A stretch of 63,675 nt of DNA, the filler included, from Octopus bimaculoides (Eukaryota), in assembly GCF_001194135.2 (NCBI RefSeq). It is 7 parts of 7 records of this genome, joined end to end, with 100 filler letters (N's around TTAATTAATTAA, not from the genome) between each part and the next. Parts side by side here need not be neighbours in the genome. Positions count along the whole stretch, not along the records: positions 1 to 16,139 come from NC_069001.1; 6 more parts are not named here. One strand, 5' to 3'. Within the stretch, counting starts at the first letter, position 1. Each line of letters opens with the position of its first letter. Of this stretch, positions 1 through 14,238 are shown one piece after another. The translations under genes and the position numbers were made by a program. The notes beneath the pieces are model-generated. The model saw nothing but the letters and a program-made list of their open reading frames with translations, ran no database searches and was not told the origin of the DNA.

Positions 1-260
1 GACTGGCTTGTGCGGGTGGCACATAAAAGACACCATTTCGAGCGTGGCCGTTTACGTGCGGGTGACACGTAAAAGCACCCACTACACTCTCTGAGTGGTT
101 GGCGTTAGGAAGGGCATCCAGCTGTAGAAACTCTGCCAAATTAGACTGGAGCCTGGTGTTGCCATCCGGTTTCACCAGTCCTCAGTCAAATCGTCCAACC
201 CATGCTAGCATGGAAAGCGGACGTTAAACGATGATGATAATGATGATGATGATGATGATG
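1..260 (+). mobile_element. 3' UTR and (GAT)n tail of a young RTE-clade LINE
   Basis: Nearly identical (only ~3 differences seen) to 13988-14238, which is attached to an RTE ORF2 C-terminus; ends ...ggacgttaaac(gat)n. Confidence 0.85.
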
Positions 261-328
261 TTTTATTCATTTCAATTGTCGATAAACAAGTGTTAAGTTG
301 TGTTATACACTTGGTCTTCAACAACAGG

Positions 329-867
329 ATGGCACTTTGCAATTCATGTCAATTGACTTTGTATGATGGAGTTCATCGATTTGATAATGACAGTGAAGTA
401 CTAGATTTTTTTCGTAGACACAATGTTATTCCCAGTACTGTAGATTGTCCTACATGTAATTCAACTTGCACCTTCTGTGAAAGCACAAGCATCTTCCGAT
501 GTAGAAAGATTGTTCGCCATAACACGTTTTTAGTGCGCAGCCAGTTACCACTGTGGAAGGTTCTTTTGTATGTGAACCACTTTCTTACAGACAGTTGGCT
601 GCATAGATCAATTATGGAAAATTTGAAGATTTCAAATCTACCTCAGCTGATTGGAGATCTTTCGGTTCGGAAGTTTGTCAGCATTGGGTGGAGAATCACC
701 AAGATCAGATCGGTGGGCCAGGAGTCGAAGTTAAAATTGATGAGATGGTTATCGTAAGGAGAAAATATAATCATGGAAGACTTGTAAAAACTATCTGGCT
801 TTTCGATGGAATAGAACGAGAATTCAAAATGAAAGTTTTGATACCTCTCGGAACATTCACGATGTGA
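329..867 (+). pseudogene. Merlin / IS1595(ISXO2)-like DDE transposase, frameshifted and truncated
   Basis: N-terminal zinc-ribbon CPTC...FRCRK in ORF 290-757. After a frameshift near 635: STSADWRSFGSEVCQHW...QIGGPGVEVKIDE...RRKYNHGRLVKTIWLFDGIERE, matching the IGG.G..VEIDE / RKYNRGR / WVFGG.ER motifs of this family. Confidence 0.85.
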
Positions 868-2519
868 ATTTTCCGAGTCCTCTCCCCCATCCCCCTTCTT
901 TCTTCATATTTGTTTAGAGCAAGTTGTTTTACACCGATTACACTATTTTTCTTTTGTTTTTTGNNNNNNNNNNTGGAATAGAACGAGAATTCAAAATGAA
1001 AGTTTTGATACCTCTCGGAACATTCACGATGTGAATTTTCCGAGTCCTCCCCCCCCCCCTTTCGCGAGCACGCTTTATTTTTTCATATCCATTTAGAGCA
1101 AGTTGTTTTACACCGATTACACTATTTTTCTTTTGTTTTTTGCTTGGGTCAAACGCTTTAGTTTAACCAAAAAAAGTAGAGATGAAATAAATGAAATAAG
1201 ATGATATTCATTCTAGATCTCACTTCACGGTCAATTAAATAAAGTACCAGTCAAAATTGCTGGCCTTTCATTTCAGCTTGCTAGATTCTCAGAACCCAGT
1301 CAAGACCAACTTTGCTTTTATTCTTTGTAATGAATGAATAAAGTACCAGTCAAGTATTAAGGTAAATTTGTCGTCAACTTCTTCTTTGGAAGAGACTTAA
1401 AGAAAAATGAGCTCTGATTGGCTTATAAAGAAAAGTGCCCAACATATGCCCCTATGAATTCATCTGGAGTTGCGGACCCCACTACTACCAACAACAACCT
1501 GTTACTAGCAATGCCTTTTTTATAAAATATGATTTGATAGGACCATCCATTGTTCAGGGTTGGCCATTTATTGCATCTGTGTGTGCAGGCTTGGGTAAGG
1601 TTTTTATGCGGAAAACTGATAGTTGCCTATGAATGCAGGTTTCCTGTCTTCACTTTTTTATCAACACCAAAAGAATGGAAGTTGACCCCTGCAGGATTTG
1701 AATTCAGAGTGCAGAGACTTGAAACAGTACTGCAAGGCATTCTATCCAACATTTTATCAATTTTGCCATTTTAAAAATGTGATACAAAAAAAAAAACTCC
1801 CTCAAATCATTAATGATTTGAGCAGAATGTTGTATTGTTCTATGTTAGAGATTTTATTTTATCAAAAATGGTGGTCAAAAATCTCTAATGAATTATTATT
1901 ATTAAGATGACTTTAATTTTTCAAACTATTAACCTCAGATTTAGAGATGTATTTTTGATTTTAACATTTACACCTTGACAATGTTTTGACTGGTTGGTTC
2001 ATCACTCATCACTTGATACCTTATTCCTGGATGTGTACATTGTACCAGACAAGGTTTGAACTCAGAATATTTATTTCAGAGTTAGGTGTAGTATATTTAT
2101 CAGTCTTTTAGTGGATAACAGTTATCTTACGGTTTTAGTTTGATTCTAGTCAGGTGATATTATATTATATTATAAGACATTTGATGTCTTATTCCTAGAT
2201 AAAACTAGTTGAGATGTACTCATCATCATCATCATTGTCACTGTTTTTATACTTGTTTTTCTATGCAGACATGGGTTGGACAGGATTTTTTTGAGGTGAT
2301 GTTTTTATGGTTGAATGATACCAATCCATTTTGTCACCTCTTGTGATGCAGAGATACAATATGCTAATAGTCTGAAAAAGTATCACCTTATAGATGGTGA
2401 TTCTAGATTAGTTAAGTGTATATGAATACTTCTTCTTCCTTACCATCTTACCTTTAAAGTTAGCTACATAAATGGACTAATTATAATATTAAATATTACT
2501 AGAACCAATTTGAGACATA

Positions 2520-2950
2520 GAAGAACATGCACATTCTTAACAGAGTGAGGACTGCCTATCAACGATTTGTTCATCTTTTCAAGGGTTCATCCTCCAGCAA
2601 TTACTAATCCACTACAAAGCTCAGATGAGATACACAATGGAGTATTGCTCCCATATCTGGGAAGTTGCTGCTGCTACACACAGATATTTTAGACTGCATT
2701 CAGTGACAAGTCACTTAACTTAGCATAAAGTTTCTCAGACTATTCCAGCTTTTAGCACACAGATGTGCTGTCTTTTCTCTTTAGCTTTTTCACTGCTACT
2801 ATAATGATCTCAGCTCATCAAAGATGGCTGGTATAATGCAACTCTACCACTCCCAACTCCTCTTTACTCTTATCATCTATATCTAATTCCATTAATCCCT
2901 ACACTAATCACTATGCCCAGTCTTTCCTTCTAGAACATTGGCCTTCTGGA
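2520..2950 (+). mobile_element. Degenerate CR1/L2/Jockey-type LINE ORF2 C-terminal fragment
   Basis: Translates ...LLIHYKAQMRYTMEYCSHIW..., matching the post-RT LYK..IR..MEY.S.IW motif. Confidence 0.6.
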
Positions 2951-4699
2951 ACACCTTCTCTGCTCATATCTTTTCTGTTGATGTCAACTTGCAACAGTTT
3001 AAGCAGAAAATTCAAGAGGCCATACCAGAGGATCTGCAAAGGCCAATGGTCACTGCCTCTTGCTAAGTAATAATGTTATTGTTACCTGTTAAACTACAAG
3101 GGCTTGTTTATTGCCTCTTCTTAAATTAGTTACTGTTAATTATTTCTACTCTTTGAAATGCATTTGTTTATTTTTACTTAATACCATCAGGAAAAATAAT
3201 TCTACTAATTTCTACTAATGATAATTCATTCTACCAGTGGCACATCAAAAATAGCTGTGCTAAGTTGGCTCAGTAACTTAGACAATTTGAAATTAGGCTA
3301 GCTAAAATAATGTCCAAATCAACTAATGAGATGGGATTACAGATTGTTGGATCCAAAATAGTTAGCCTGTATTAGTAATATATTGGGGTTAAATAGTTAA
3401 AATTTGAATCATTACATGGTGAGTTAAGTTGATGTTTTAACCCTAGGTTTACTCTCATAATATAGACCTATGATAAAAGATGTTCTAGGCAATTGTGGTT
3501 GCTAAATTTCAGAACAATCACTGACCTGAGGTCATGAGATAAAATTAATTTTCCTTGTAGGTTTAATTGCTTTGACCTTTTAGGTCAAATTTCTTGAAAG
3601 AACTTTAATTAGATCTACATGTGTTTGTGTATGGTATGTGTATATATCTGCATGTATGTGTACATTTTTTCATGTATCTATCTATTCACTTGTATATATG
3701 TGAATGGTAGAGGATTGCTGTGTCTTTCAAATGATTTCCCTATGATTGCTGCACTGTATTCAACTCAGTTGTCATTTCAATACAATTCCTTTCTTGTTGG
3801 CCTACATTTAGTGCATGTCATGAATGTTTAGTTTTGTGTGTGTGTGTGTACATGTGCATTTATAACTGTGTGTGCGTGCATAACTATACCTCTAAGTGTG
3901 TCTGTGTCTATGAATGTATATCCCTGTGTCTGTAGGCTCCTGTGTGAGAGAGTGAGTTATCGAGCATTATACCTCATGCAGAGTTCTTATCTGAAATGAT
4001 AATGTAAATATTGTTATTTAGATTAATTACCAACCATGTTGGGATGTTATCTCTCAAATAGTTTAAAAACTGTTACTCACTCCTAATCTATTACAGGTGT
4101 AGTTTTCTTGTTACAAATTGCACTTAATTTTCTATGGCTCAGTCCATAGACCTTGATTAGGCATAGTGAGTTACTACAGTTTATGGCTGTACTGCCACAA
4201 GAAAGCATTATATTATAAAACTGATGAATATTTCATTATTTAGGATGTTGAGTTACTATTTATTGTTGAGTTTTAAATTCTTCCAAAAGTAGAAATCCTG
4301 TAATTGATTAACAAATTTTTATGCAAAGAATTGTTGGTCATGAATTTTCTCAACTCTTTTTCTATATGCGAAATATCTACCTTTGATTCATAGACAAGAA
4401 GGACAATACTGTGCTAATGATGCTTGTTGAAGGAGAAACACCTATACACAGTTGCTCCTTGCTTTTGAAATGAAAATCAGAGTTACTTTCTCTCCTGGTA
4501 CAAAAATTCATTGAGAAATATTCTCACTTTCTTGAAATTGTCTCTCTTTCTCATTCAGTGGGTGACTTAAATATTGACATTTGTAGTGATGCAGCCTTCC
4601 ATGTGCATTTTACTAAGTTGGCAATGAAATGCAAGAGGCTGATCAGATGGATTCTTAGAACTTTCAGAAGCTGTCTTGATTATTGTTCCCCAACTTTGG

Positions 4700-5700
4700 T
4701 CATCACACAGTGTGAAATTAATAGATGGTTAATAAACTTGTTCCATATATGATCAGCTCTATAATATCGTGATCTGAGACTAGTATTGGTGTCACTTTCA
4801 TATTATGGATGAGATCCATATTGTTTGTGAAGCAAAGATCGAGTATATTGTAACTTTGGTTTGTATGTATAACATGTAGATGAGGTTGAGCAGAGATTCC
4901 ACTTGTCTTTGTTTGCACCGTGTCATTCCCAAGAAGAAAAAGGCCCTCAGACCATCCTTTGTTGGGCAGGTTAAAGTCTCCCATAAGATGTGTTGTTCTA
5001 GTTTGGTTAAGAGTTCTATTTTTGTAACGCAGTCTTCGAACAGGCCTGCATGATCTGCTGGGTGATAAGTAGTACATATAACTATCTTGAGTTGTCATAT
5101 ATGTACAATTAGTGTCACACACCAAGTTTAAGTATGACGAAAGGGTCTGGGGTGTGAGGTCTTCGTGGCTGTACATTGCAACTCCACCACGACTGTTTTT
5201 TCCGTTGGTTTGTGATACAACATACTTTAGTACGTGTATTTCTGCATCTATAATATCAGGTTTTAGATGCATTTCACTGAGTATTTGCATGCTACAAAAT
5301 TTCTCAGGAAGGTAATTTTGGTTCTGTTACTGAGTTGTAACACCACTCTAATATTTAGGAAGAGTATTGATATGACACTTGTGCTGCTGACAATGATGAC
5401 CACCTTGGATCCATTTGCTGTGGTAGTCTTCTATGTTACTGATGATGGCTCTAACTCTGAAACTAATGTAACCAGGTCATTTGCTGCACAATTTTTTGCA
5501 CTATGCATAAAAAAGATTGTTGCGTAACTTATGACTGCATCTACCAGCCCGGTAGATGGAAGTAAGGCACACTACATTTGCATATTTTTGTTTCGGTGCA
5601 GATAGCGCACAAGTTTTTCCCTTTTGGGGTCTTTCTTTACGTTTTGATATTTTATTGTGGTTACGGACTTCTGGTTTATTCATTCACCAACTGTCAAATC
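4700..5700 (-). mobile_element. Degenerate LINE (CR1/L2-like): APE endonuclease plus ORF1 remnant
   Basis: ORF 4718-5290: LSEMHL, SRGGVAMY, MGDFNLP, LDLCFTN, SDHDII are APE motifs; the upstream Cys/His-containing segment (5501-5683) resembles an ORF1 tail. Confidence 0.85.
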
Positions 5701-6299
5701 ACCAACATGTAATCCACGATATCTCTTCTTTTAGCTTCTATGACTCCCTGTCTAATAAATGGCTGTGTATACGACAATGTTATTTCTTTATTGGGCACAC
5801 AGGCCCGAACACAGAGGGGATGGTACAAGGACAGACAGAATGATACAAGTGGGGACAAAAAACATGAAACAGATGAATGAAAATAGATTATAAATAAATG
5901 AAGGTGCAATGGCTATTCGAACGCCACTCTCGAGCAGTACCATTCAACTGTTCTTTATTAAAGTTTGTATATCTTTTTTTTTCTTTCATAGTATCATGTG
6001 TGTAGTCTCTCCAAAAATATTAAAAACTTACTTCCATTTTACCAGTTTATATACGGTTTCAACTTGTCCATAGTTCACAACAATAGGTAGGTCATCATAT
6101 ACCACCTCCACTCTTAATGGGTCTATGTTTGTCCCGAACTATTCCTTTAATTTAGCATATCTTTCCTTCTTTATTAATATACATTTAGTGTTTTCTATAT
6201 ATTCCTCAGCTGGCAATTTCACTCTAATCCCCGATTTGAACTTGGTGATTTTTCAATTGCTGTACTTTTTGTGTACGTTACAAGAAGTGCTCTGTTTTT

Positions 6300-8170
6300 A
6301 TGGGACCTTTTAAGGGACTGTGTGTTATGCCTGTCTGTGGCTGTTTGTTTACATGATGAACTCAGACTATCTGGGGCAGTTTCCTTTTTTGTTTTGTTGG
6401 TGTTACTGGTGGTGATATATGCTGTGTGAGTGTGTCTTGTGCATTGTGTGTTTGCTGTACAATGTCTTCTGTTTTACTATTCTTCCTTTTCTTTTTTGGG
6501 CTTTTCAGGGATGTATTTACTATTTCCTTTCTCCTTCTTTTGGATACTTCTGTAAATCCCTCTTCTTCTGTGTCAGCCATACACTTCTCCTGGACTGGGT
6601 TTGTCATTTCGGTACTCCAGCTTTGTTCATGCTGGTTTTGTTCGGTTTCATTGTTTATTTGGGAGCATTTTATTTCGATGTGCCCTTTTTCTCTGTGATG
6701 GTAGCATGTTGGAGGGCTCCCTTCTACCACCACTCTCAACTTTATGTCTTCAGGCAGCAACACCTCTTCTGCTATTTCATTCAGGTCTTGCTGGGTGACC
6801 TGGATGACCATTTCCAGGCCATAACCCCCCCCCCCAATTCATTTTCTTCTTGCCACTTTGTGTCTTCGTGGGTTCCATGCATCACGGCTGCCACCAGTCA
6901 CACTTCTTCAATTCCTGGTGGCACTCTGCCTATCCTAATTCTTGCGACTCTTTTTCTGCCGTAGGTTGGCAAGAGTATTTATTCTTGCGACCTCAGTGTC
7001 ACAGTGGAGTGATTTATTGCCTCTTGTTCGGTGACAAACCTCACCTCCACTGTGCTGTATCTTCTAGTGTAGAATGTTGCAACACTCTTTACTTCTTCCA
7101 GACATTTCTTTGTAGCTTCTGTAGCTACTTCAATTTTCTTACTGTTTGTGGACAGTGTTCTGTAAACTACTGTCCTCCTTTTTGTTTTGTTGGTTACTTC
7201 TTCTGGAGGGGTCAGCCTGAAACTTGACCGCTCCTTCTAGATCAGCTCTTACTCTTCCAACTTCTCCAGTTCAATTCTGACTTCCTGCACCTCCAGTGAT
7301 TCCCTTGCGGTGGTATGTCTTCCAGCTGCCAAAGCACAGCTCCTGGCATGCTTGCATATTTATACAATTCTGAACTGTCCATTCTCGGGATGTTCAGCTT
7401 CCACCACAACAGTTTATTACTTGATCCCTTTGAAGGGAAATTTTCCTCCTGTCTCATGCTGCTGTTGCTATGAAACAGTTTTGGGTGTGTGAGATGGCAG
7501 TGTGTATCATCATCTCCATGCCAGTAGACAACACGAAGGTAAAAGTTACACACCTGTGTTTGCTCTCTCTTTGTACCATTTCTATTGGTACAAAGAGACA
7601 GCACACACAGGCCTCTCTTGTCTGGGTCTCCCTTGTATGGGTCTCCCTTGTATGGGTGTCCCTTGTCCCAATGTTTTTTTCTTTTTAACAATTGGTACCT
7701 TCATGTATGCTCAGTCTAGCTTATTTTTCTCATCGGTTGTTTTTCCTGAAAGCTGTTCTTTTTTTCTTTTTCTTTTTTTCTGTTATCATTTTTTGTTCCT
7801 GTTTGTTTTAAGAAGCTTTTGCTTTCCTTTTTTCTTCCTTTTTTAACCCTTTCTTTACCTCAGTTGTTCACATTTGTGGTGGTGGGGCCATTATTGCTGG
7901 TATCTCCTTCCCTGTCAGGTCTCTCACTCATAATTTCATCTTTGTTACTTTGGTGGTTTGTCGAGCCAGGGGAACATCTCTCACTCACATCTCTGTCTCC
8001 ATCCTTGTCATCTTTTTTTGTGTTTGTTTTAAAAAATGACATCAATGATCTTAATGTGAGGTCTAATGAGAATGTCACAAAATGTAGTAGATGGTTGCTA
8101 TGATTGATGAAGATCAAAGATATGAGATGCTGGTAGTCAAGTTGGAACCAGGCTGTATATAATGAATGCA
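6300..8170 (-). mobile_element. Degenerate gag-like ORF1 of a non-LTR retrotransposon
   Basis: VVVEGSPPTCYHHREKGHIEIKC is a decayed CX2CX4HX4C knuckle preceded by V.V.G.P; basic low-complexity tail; upstream broken ORFs (7242-7691, 7860-8174) are in the same orientation. Boundaries approximate. Confidence 0.6.
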
Positions 8171-9469
8171 ACACCCATCAGCAAATAACAGAATTTTATT
8201 TTACCATACAAATAATTTTCATGTTGATCATGAATTAGAAATTGCTGTAACAAATTTTACACACCGGAAAGAATATTATGTAGTAAATAGTTGCTTAAAA
8301 AGGCTTTGTAATTAAGTTGCCAAGACAGAAGAAAATACTGGGTTCATGTCATTGAACAATAGTGGCATGTCTAGGTTGAGTAGGATCCATGATAACTTAA
8401 AAGCAGCAAAATGAATATGTGGTTAGCTTAGCTGTGGATGGCCACAAACAAAATTTTTGGCACTCAAATCATGCCTATTTATATGCTTTGTTAGGAGAAT
8501 ATTCTGGAGGCTTCTAGAATGATCTATCACATGATGTTTGGTCTAAAACTCTGCCAATCACATGAAAAAAACCTATTATTAAACCATGATTTTAACTTGG
8601 CAATTTGTTGATTTGGTTTTGAATCTCACTTCAAGTTCTCTTGTAAGAAACCAAGACAACAAAAATATATAAAATGCATATGAACAAAGAAGGGGGAAAT
8701 GGGCAACAGAAAAAAGTACAAAATGCAAAAAGCAAAAATATATGTATATTGATCTTGGGTTTGTAACTTTGGCCTTTTCTTTCTCTAAAATTTTCATCAG
8801 TAATATATATTACTTTCTACTGTCTTTAGGACCCTTTTATTTATCCTTTAATTTTTGTCATACCTTTTTTTTTTTTTTACCTATCTATTTTTTCTGTTAA
8901 TTTTTAAATTTTAATTAATCTTTTATTTGTTTTTTGTTTTTTTGGTTTCGAAATTTAAAAAATTTATTGTTTTTACATATGCACCACCTCCTTCAATGTA
9001 ATATGTAATATTATATTTTCTTATGCATGGTTTTTTTATGACATGCTCATGTATTATTTATTTTTTAAAAAGCGGGGGTGAGAGAAAAAAGAGGAAACTG
9101 CATGTATAATACATAATTTAGAAGCAGCGCTATGGATGTGCCAGCACACATGAGCCTGAGACATGGCCACCCTCATGCACTTCTCACAAGGAATTCTGGA
9201 AGGGGCTTCATGAGATCAGTGCAGAGAAACTTCCAGGGAAAGAAAAAAAAAGGGGAAAAAGAAAAGAAAACTGCCGTTGGAAAATCGATTGTAGCAGTGA
9301 CTCGATCAAACCCTAGGGATATCCGAAGAAGGAATTTTTGATATTCCGAAATATATCAGACACAAGTTATTATAGTCCATTGTTGTGCCATTCAAAAATC
9401 ACATTATTACTCTTTGTTATTAATTACAAACAATACTAAAATGCTTCAAGTGAATTACAATACTCTCCT

Positions 9470-9487
9470 ATATATACATATACACAC

Positions 9488-9550
<63 letters not shown>

Positions 9551-9667
9551 CACACATGCACATATATATACAAATACATATATATACACACATATACATA
9601 TATAAATACATACTTATACATATATATACACACACACATATATACATATATATATATATACACACAC

Positions 9668-9714
<47 letters not shown>

Positions 9715-9759
9715 TATATACAAACACATGCACACACACATATATACAAACACATGCAC

Positions 9760-9806
<47 letters not shown>

Positions 9807-9820
9807 TACATATACATATA
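9470..9820. repeat. Compound (CA)n/(TA)n microsatellite
   Basis: Direct inspection. Confidence 0.95.
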
Positions 9821-12800
9821 GAAAGGGAATTGTGTATATTACAAAAGAATAGGAACAAATACCCACATACTAACATTTAGACAGATTATTATTTTAGTGG
9901 TATATATGATTAACTACACTTGACTTAGTATATTATGGATCTCAAGGTTGTATCTAGGGACATACACTGCACCAATTGTACTCTACTTAATAGACTCTGG
10001 ATCCATGCTAATAGCTGGTTCTGAATAAGATGAATAATAAATAAATAGCAAAAGATAGATAATGGTTCATTTACTACAACTGTTTCCAATGAATTTTTTA
10101 ATTGATGAATAGAGATGTGAAAAAAACTGTTTCCATCAGGAGAATATACACATTTAAAACATTCTAAAATCACGAGTTTGTGCCACTTCACGATTTCTGA
10201 CTAGTGATAGTCAAAAGAAGCTTTTCTACCAATAAGTTAGAGCCCATCTGACAGAACTTTTACATCCTAGGTATATAGATGTTATTAATTTGTTATGGCT
10301 GGTTGTCTGTCCATCCATCTGTTTGTCTCTCTGCCTATCCATCCTTCTATCCATCTGTTTCTTTCTCTGTCTGTCTGACTGTCACCCTCTCTCAGTTTAA
10401 TATCAATTGAGATCTCTGTAGACTTTGCATGGTAATTCATGTTCAGTGTGCTTAATGAACAAGGTTCTGTGCATGTGTGTGTGTGGTGATGTCATGTTTT
10501 CATTTATTTGTTATCAAAACTTCTTGCAGCTCCCCACTGTCTATCAACAATGGAAGCAATGTCAAAGAAGTGAGAATATTTCTGATATTTCCCTCTGTCC
10601 CTCAACCAGTCTCTCTTATGAAGTTTCAGCATCCAAGTAAGTTTCTCTTGTTTTTCTTATTAAATATGTTTTGTTTTACTGATTTGTAAATTTTAAGACA
10701 TTTCTTCTCTGTAATTTATCTCAGCACCCTGAACGAAGGTTATACATCTTGTTATGTCAGTATTACCACACTACACCACACCATGCTACACTGCATCACA
10801 CCATACTACACAATACTAAAGGATAACTCACTTTACTTTCTAGAAATAACAGCCAAATCTCCCTCAAATAATACTCTACTACCTAAAAAAAACAAAGAAA
10901 AAACAGTGGATTATGTCACCCTAAATACATTGTTTCTCAAGACATTTTGATCATAAGTCTGTGCTTGATCAAGACCGATCAGGAGATAAACAACAATACT
11001 AAAAAATTGACTAGATTGTTCACACCCCCACTATGGTTAACCACTGCATGTTGGAATGTACACGGCAAGAAGTATGGTGTATCAGAAATAATAGTTCTAT
11101 GGATCACATCTTATCATTTAGCCAATTATGTATGTAGCAGGCTTGCTGGATCAGGGCTAACCATTTCAATTCTTCACTTTTCCCAAAAATAAATGTTCTA
11201 CCAACTTAACATCAAATTGTACAAACTACTCAACTTTGATCTAATTGTTACTCCAGATGTTCCAGTGTGGGCAAAAACCCAATATATTCCAGACATTACA
11301 AAGCTGTGGTGAATAAGGACTGTTACCCAACGAAGGACATTGACCTGCATTCTGGACAAAACAAGGTAAAAAGCAAAAACAAAACAAACTTACTTCCATT
11401 TCATATTGATAAATACAAAGTAGGGGAGGGGGAATATTTCTCTCTACTGTACTCTGAAATAAAATCCAAAATCAGAAGGAACCAATAAATGTCTTTATCA
11501 GCAACAAATACTTCAAATATACCCTGCTTGTTTTGCAAATTCACAGTAACAGCATTATGTTGTAGCGAACTCTAGTGAACTTCCTCTCTCTATTATATAT
11601 CCATACATACGAACGTAGCAGGTAACAGCTAACCTTTGGGTGATGTTTTGGACCCCGTTGTGTCTGACACTCTGATTGGTTGGTATTGGTGCAATTTGTC
11701 TCTTACTCTATCGCACACCAATATGAAACCTAACCAATTGCAACCTCCAAATAAATCATGAGATAGTCTGTTCTAAACTCCATTTGAGCCTACTGTTTGC
11801 TATAAAAACTCACCTCCTCCTCGTCTAACCACTGACCATATTATAGCAACCTCCATTTTCGTCACCACCATCATATCTCTCACCAACGTTGTCAACAATA
11901 TCTCTACACAGCACCAACGACACTGCACTGGTTCTAACATATCCCTGTTCATGAGCTTCCTCACTAAGGTTAACAGCAAGCATACAACCCACGTAGATGC
12001 ATGTAGATATATGAATAAATGTCCACCAACCACTTCCATTTATCATTCAGCTTGTGTATATATATGTGTGGCTGGCATTAAAGACATTTAAAGTTACCAC
12101 CTTGTTCCATGTATTTCTTTATACCATGTTCCTGTCAAATGATATTATAGCCTTCTGAGTAGAGTCACATTAGATGGAATACAACCTATCCTTCTATAAT
12201 GTTGATCTGCTTTCACTGCTGCTGGTGCTGTTATTGATGCTTATGTTGCTAGCGTAAATGATACTTTCACTATTGGGGATGCTGTAGTCACTATTGTTGT
12301 TTCTATTGTCACTGTTGTTGGTACTTACATGATGTGATTATTGTCAGTACTATTGTTACTATCACAAATGTTATCATTGCTATTGTGAATATTGTTGTCA
12401 GTGTTGGTGTGTCTATTGTTAGTAATGCCAATGTTGCTATTGTCAACTTCTATTATCACCTTCATTGCCATCATTTTACAATCCACTTCCCCATATTGTG
12501 GTGGGTTGGGATGGGTTTTCTGAAGCAGTGTTTTATGGTCAGCTCCCCTTCTTGTTGCCAGCCTATTTAGTTACCTTTTACAACACAGGGAAAATGGTGG
12601 ACAAATTTTAAAACGGGTTGTGCATTTTGTAGGATGATGGAGATTTTGATAGCAGACTGTTGCCCTGCAAATAGGATCTATCATTGGCTTATAACAACAA
12701 TGATGATGGTAAGAGAAGAAATGATAGAGGTGTTGTTTGTTAACTTCAAGTTCCATGCAATAACTGTATATTGTTGTTTATATTGTAGTGCTTCAGTGAA

Positions 12801-12869
12801 ACAAATGGGTAAGTATTACTACTTTCTCTATTGCAACTGCTGTTGTTAACATCAATTTTTATGATAGTG

Positions 12870-12899
12870 GTGATGCTGTTGCTGCTGCTGCTGCTGCTG

Positions 12900-12931
<32 letters not shown>

Positions 12932-13030
12932 GATACTACTACTACTACTACTACTACCACTACTGATACTAATACTACTGTGCAACTAAAACTGCCATTA
13001 TTACTCTTACTGTGTTACCACCACCACTAC
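12870..13030. repeat. (GCT)n/(ACT)n microsatellite
   Basis: Direct inspection. Confidence 0.9.
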
Positions 13031-13519
13031 TACTACTAAAACTATTACTATTTATTTTTACTCCTGGTTTCTGGCATTTATTGTAAAATGTATAAATTTG
13101 CAGCACTCTTCAACTTAATTAGTGAATAGAAAGTGAGAACAAACTTAGTTATCTTTTTTTTTATTCTCTCTCTTTTTCTTCTTCTCCTCTCTCTATTTCT
13201 CTCTTGCACTCTCTCTCTCTTTCCTTTTATCAATTTTTCTCATTTACTCTCCTCTCTGACTCGCCTGTTTGCCAATTCTTTTACTTCCCATCATCTTCTT
13301 CCTCAACATTTCGGCTTTCTTCACTTATACTTCTTCTCCTGAATGACTTCCCACCTTCATTCTTTTTACTCACTGATGATACAGATTTACCTACTTTCTG
13401 ACTCTCGGTAAAGCAGCTGTTACAATTCTGCGACATTCCTACTTCCAATACAACAGAAGCAGATCACCATTCCACCAGCCCATGTTAACACCCTTAATGT
13501 GGTGCTCAATGGCAAGAAG

Positions 13520-14238
13520 ATGGAAATGGAAGAACGGTAAGTGGCAAAAATGACTTCATTTTCAACTCTTTATATTATTCATGGTAAGCTGAACATTAGA
13601 AGCATCAGTTGTGGCGTGCAAGAGAGACGATTGCGTTGGTATGGACATGTGGTGAGAATGGAGGAGGATAGCTGCGTGAAAAAGTGCCACACCCTAACAG
13701 TTGAGGGAACCCGTGGAAGGGGTAGGCCCAGGAAGACCTGGGCTGAGGTGGTGAGGCAAGACCTTCGTACATTGGGCCTCACCGAGGCGATGACTACTGA
13801 CCGAGACCTTTGGAAATGTGCTGTGCGTGAGAAGACCCGGCAAGCCAAGTAAGATCGTTGCCAGTGCCCCTGGACTGGTTCTTGTGCGGGTGGCACATGA
13901 GATGCACCATTTTGAGCGTGGCCGTTGCCAGTACCGCCTGACTGGCTCCTGTAGGATTTTCGAGCGAGATCGTTGCCAGTGCCCCTGGACTGGCTTGTGC
14001 GGGTGGCACATAAAAGACACCATTTCGAGCGTGGCCATTTTCGTGCGGGTGACACGTAAAAGCACCCACTACACTCTCTGAGTGGTTGGCGTTAGGAAGG
14101 GCATCCAGCTGTAGAAACTCTGCCAAATCAGACTGGAGCCTGGTGTTGCCATCCGGTTTCACCAGTCCTCAGTCAAATCGTCCAACCCATGCTAGCATGG
14201 AAAGCGGACGTTAAACGATGATGATGATGATGATGATG
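13520..14238 (+). mobile_element. 5'-truncated RTE-clade LINE (ORF2 C-terminus, 3' UTR, (GAT)n tail)
   Basis: ORF 13541-13852: VQERRLRWYGHVVRMEEDSCVKKC...GTRGRGRPRKTW.E.V..DL, the typical RTE C-terminus. Confidence 0.9.

Noticed and set aside
807-1143. Direct duplication 807-963 / 974-1143
   Set aside because: Straddles a 10-N gap; most likely unmerged contig or haplotype overlap.
9414-9876. Long ORFs rich in HT/CV/YI or poly-I (also 36063-36670, 40516-40993, 53212-53729, 60778-61342)
   Set aside because: Translations of microsatellites.
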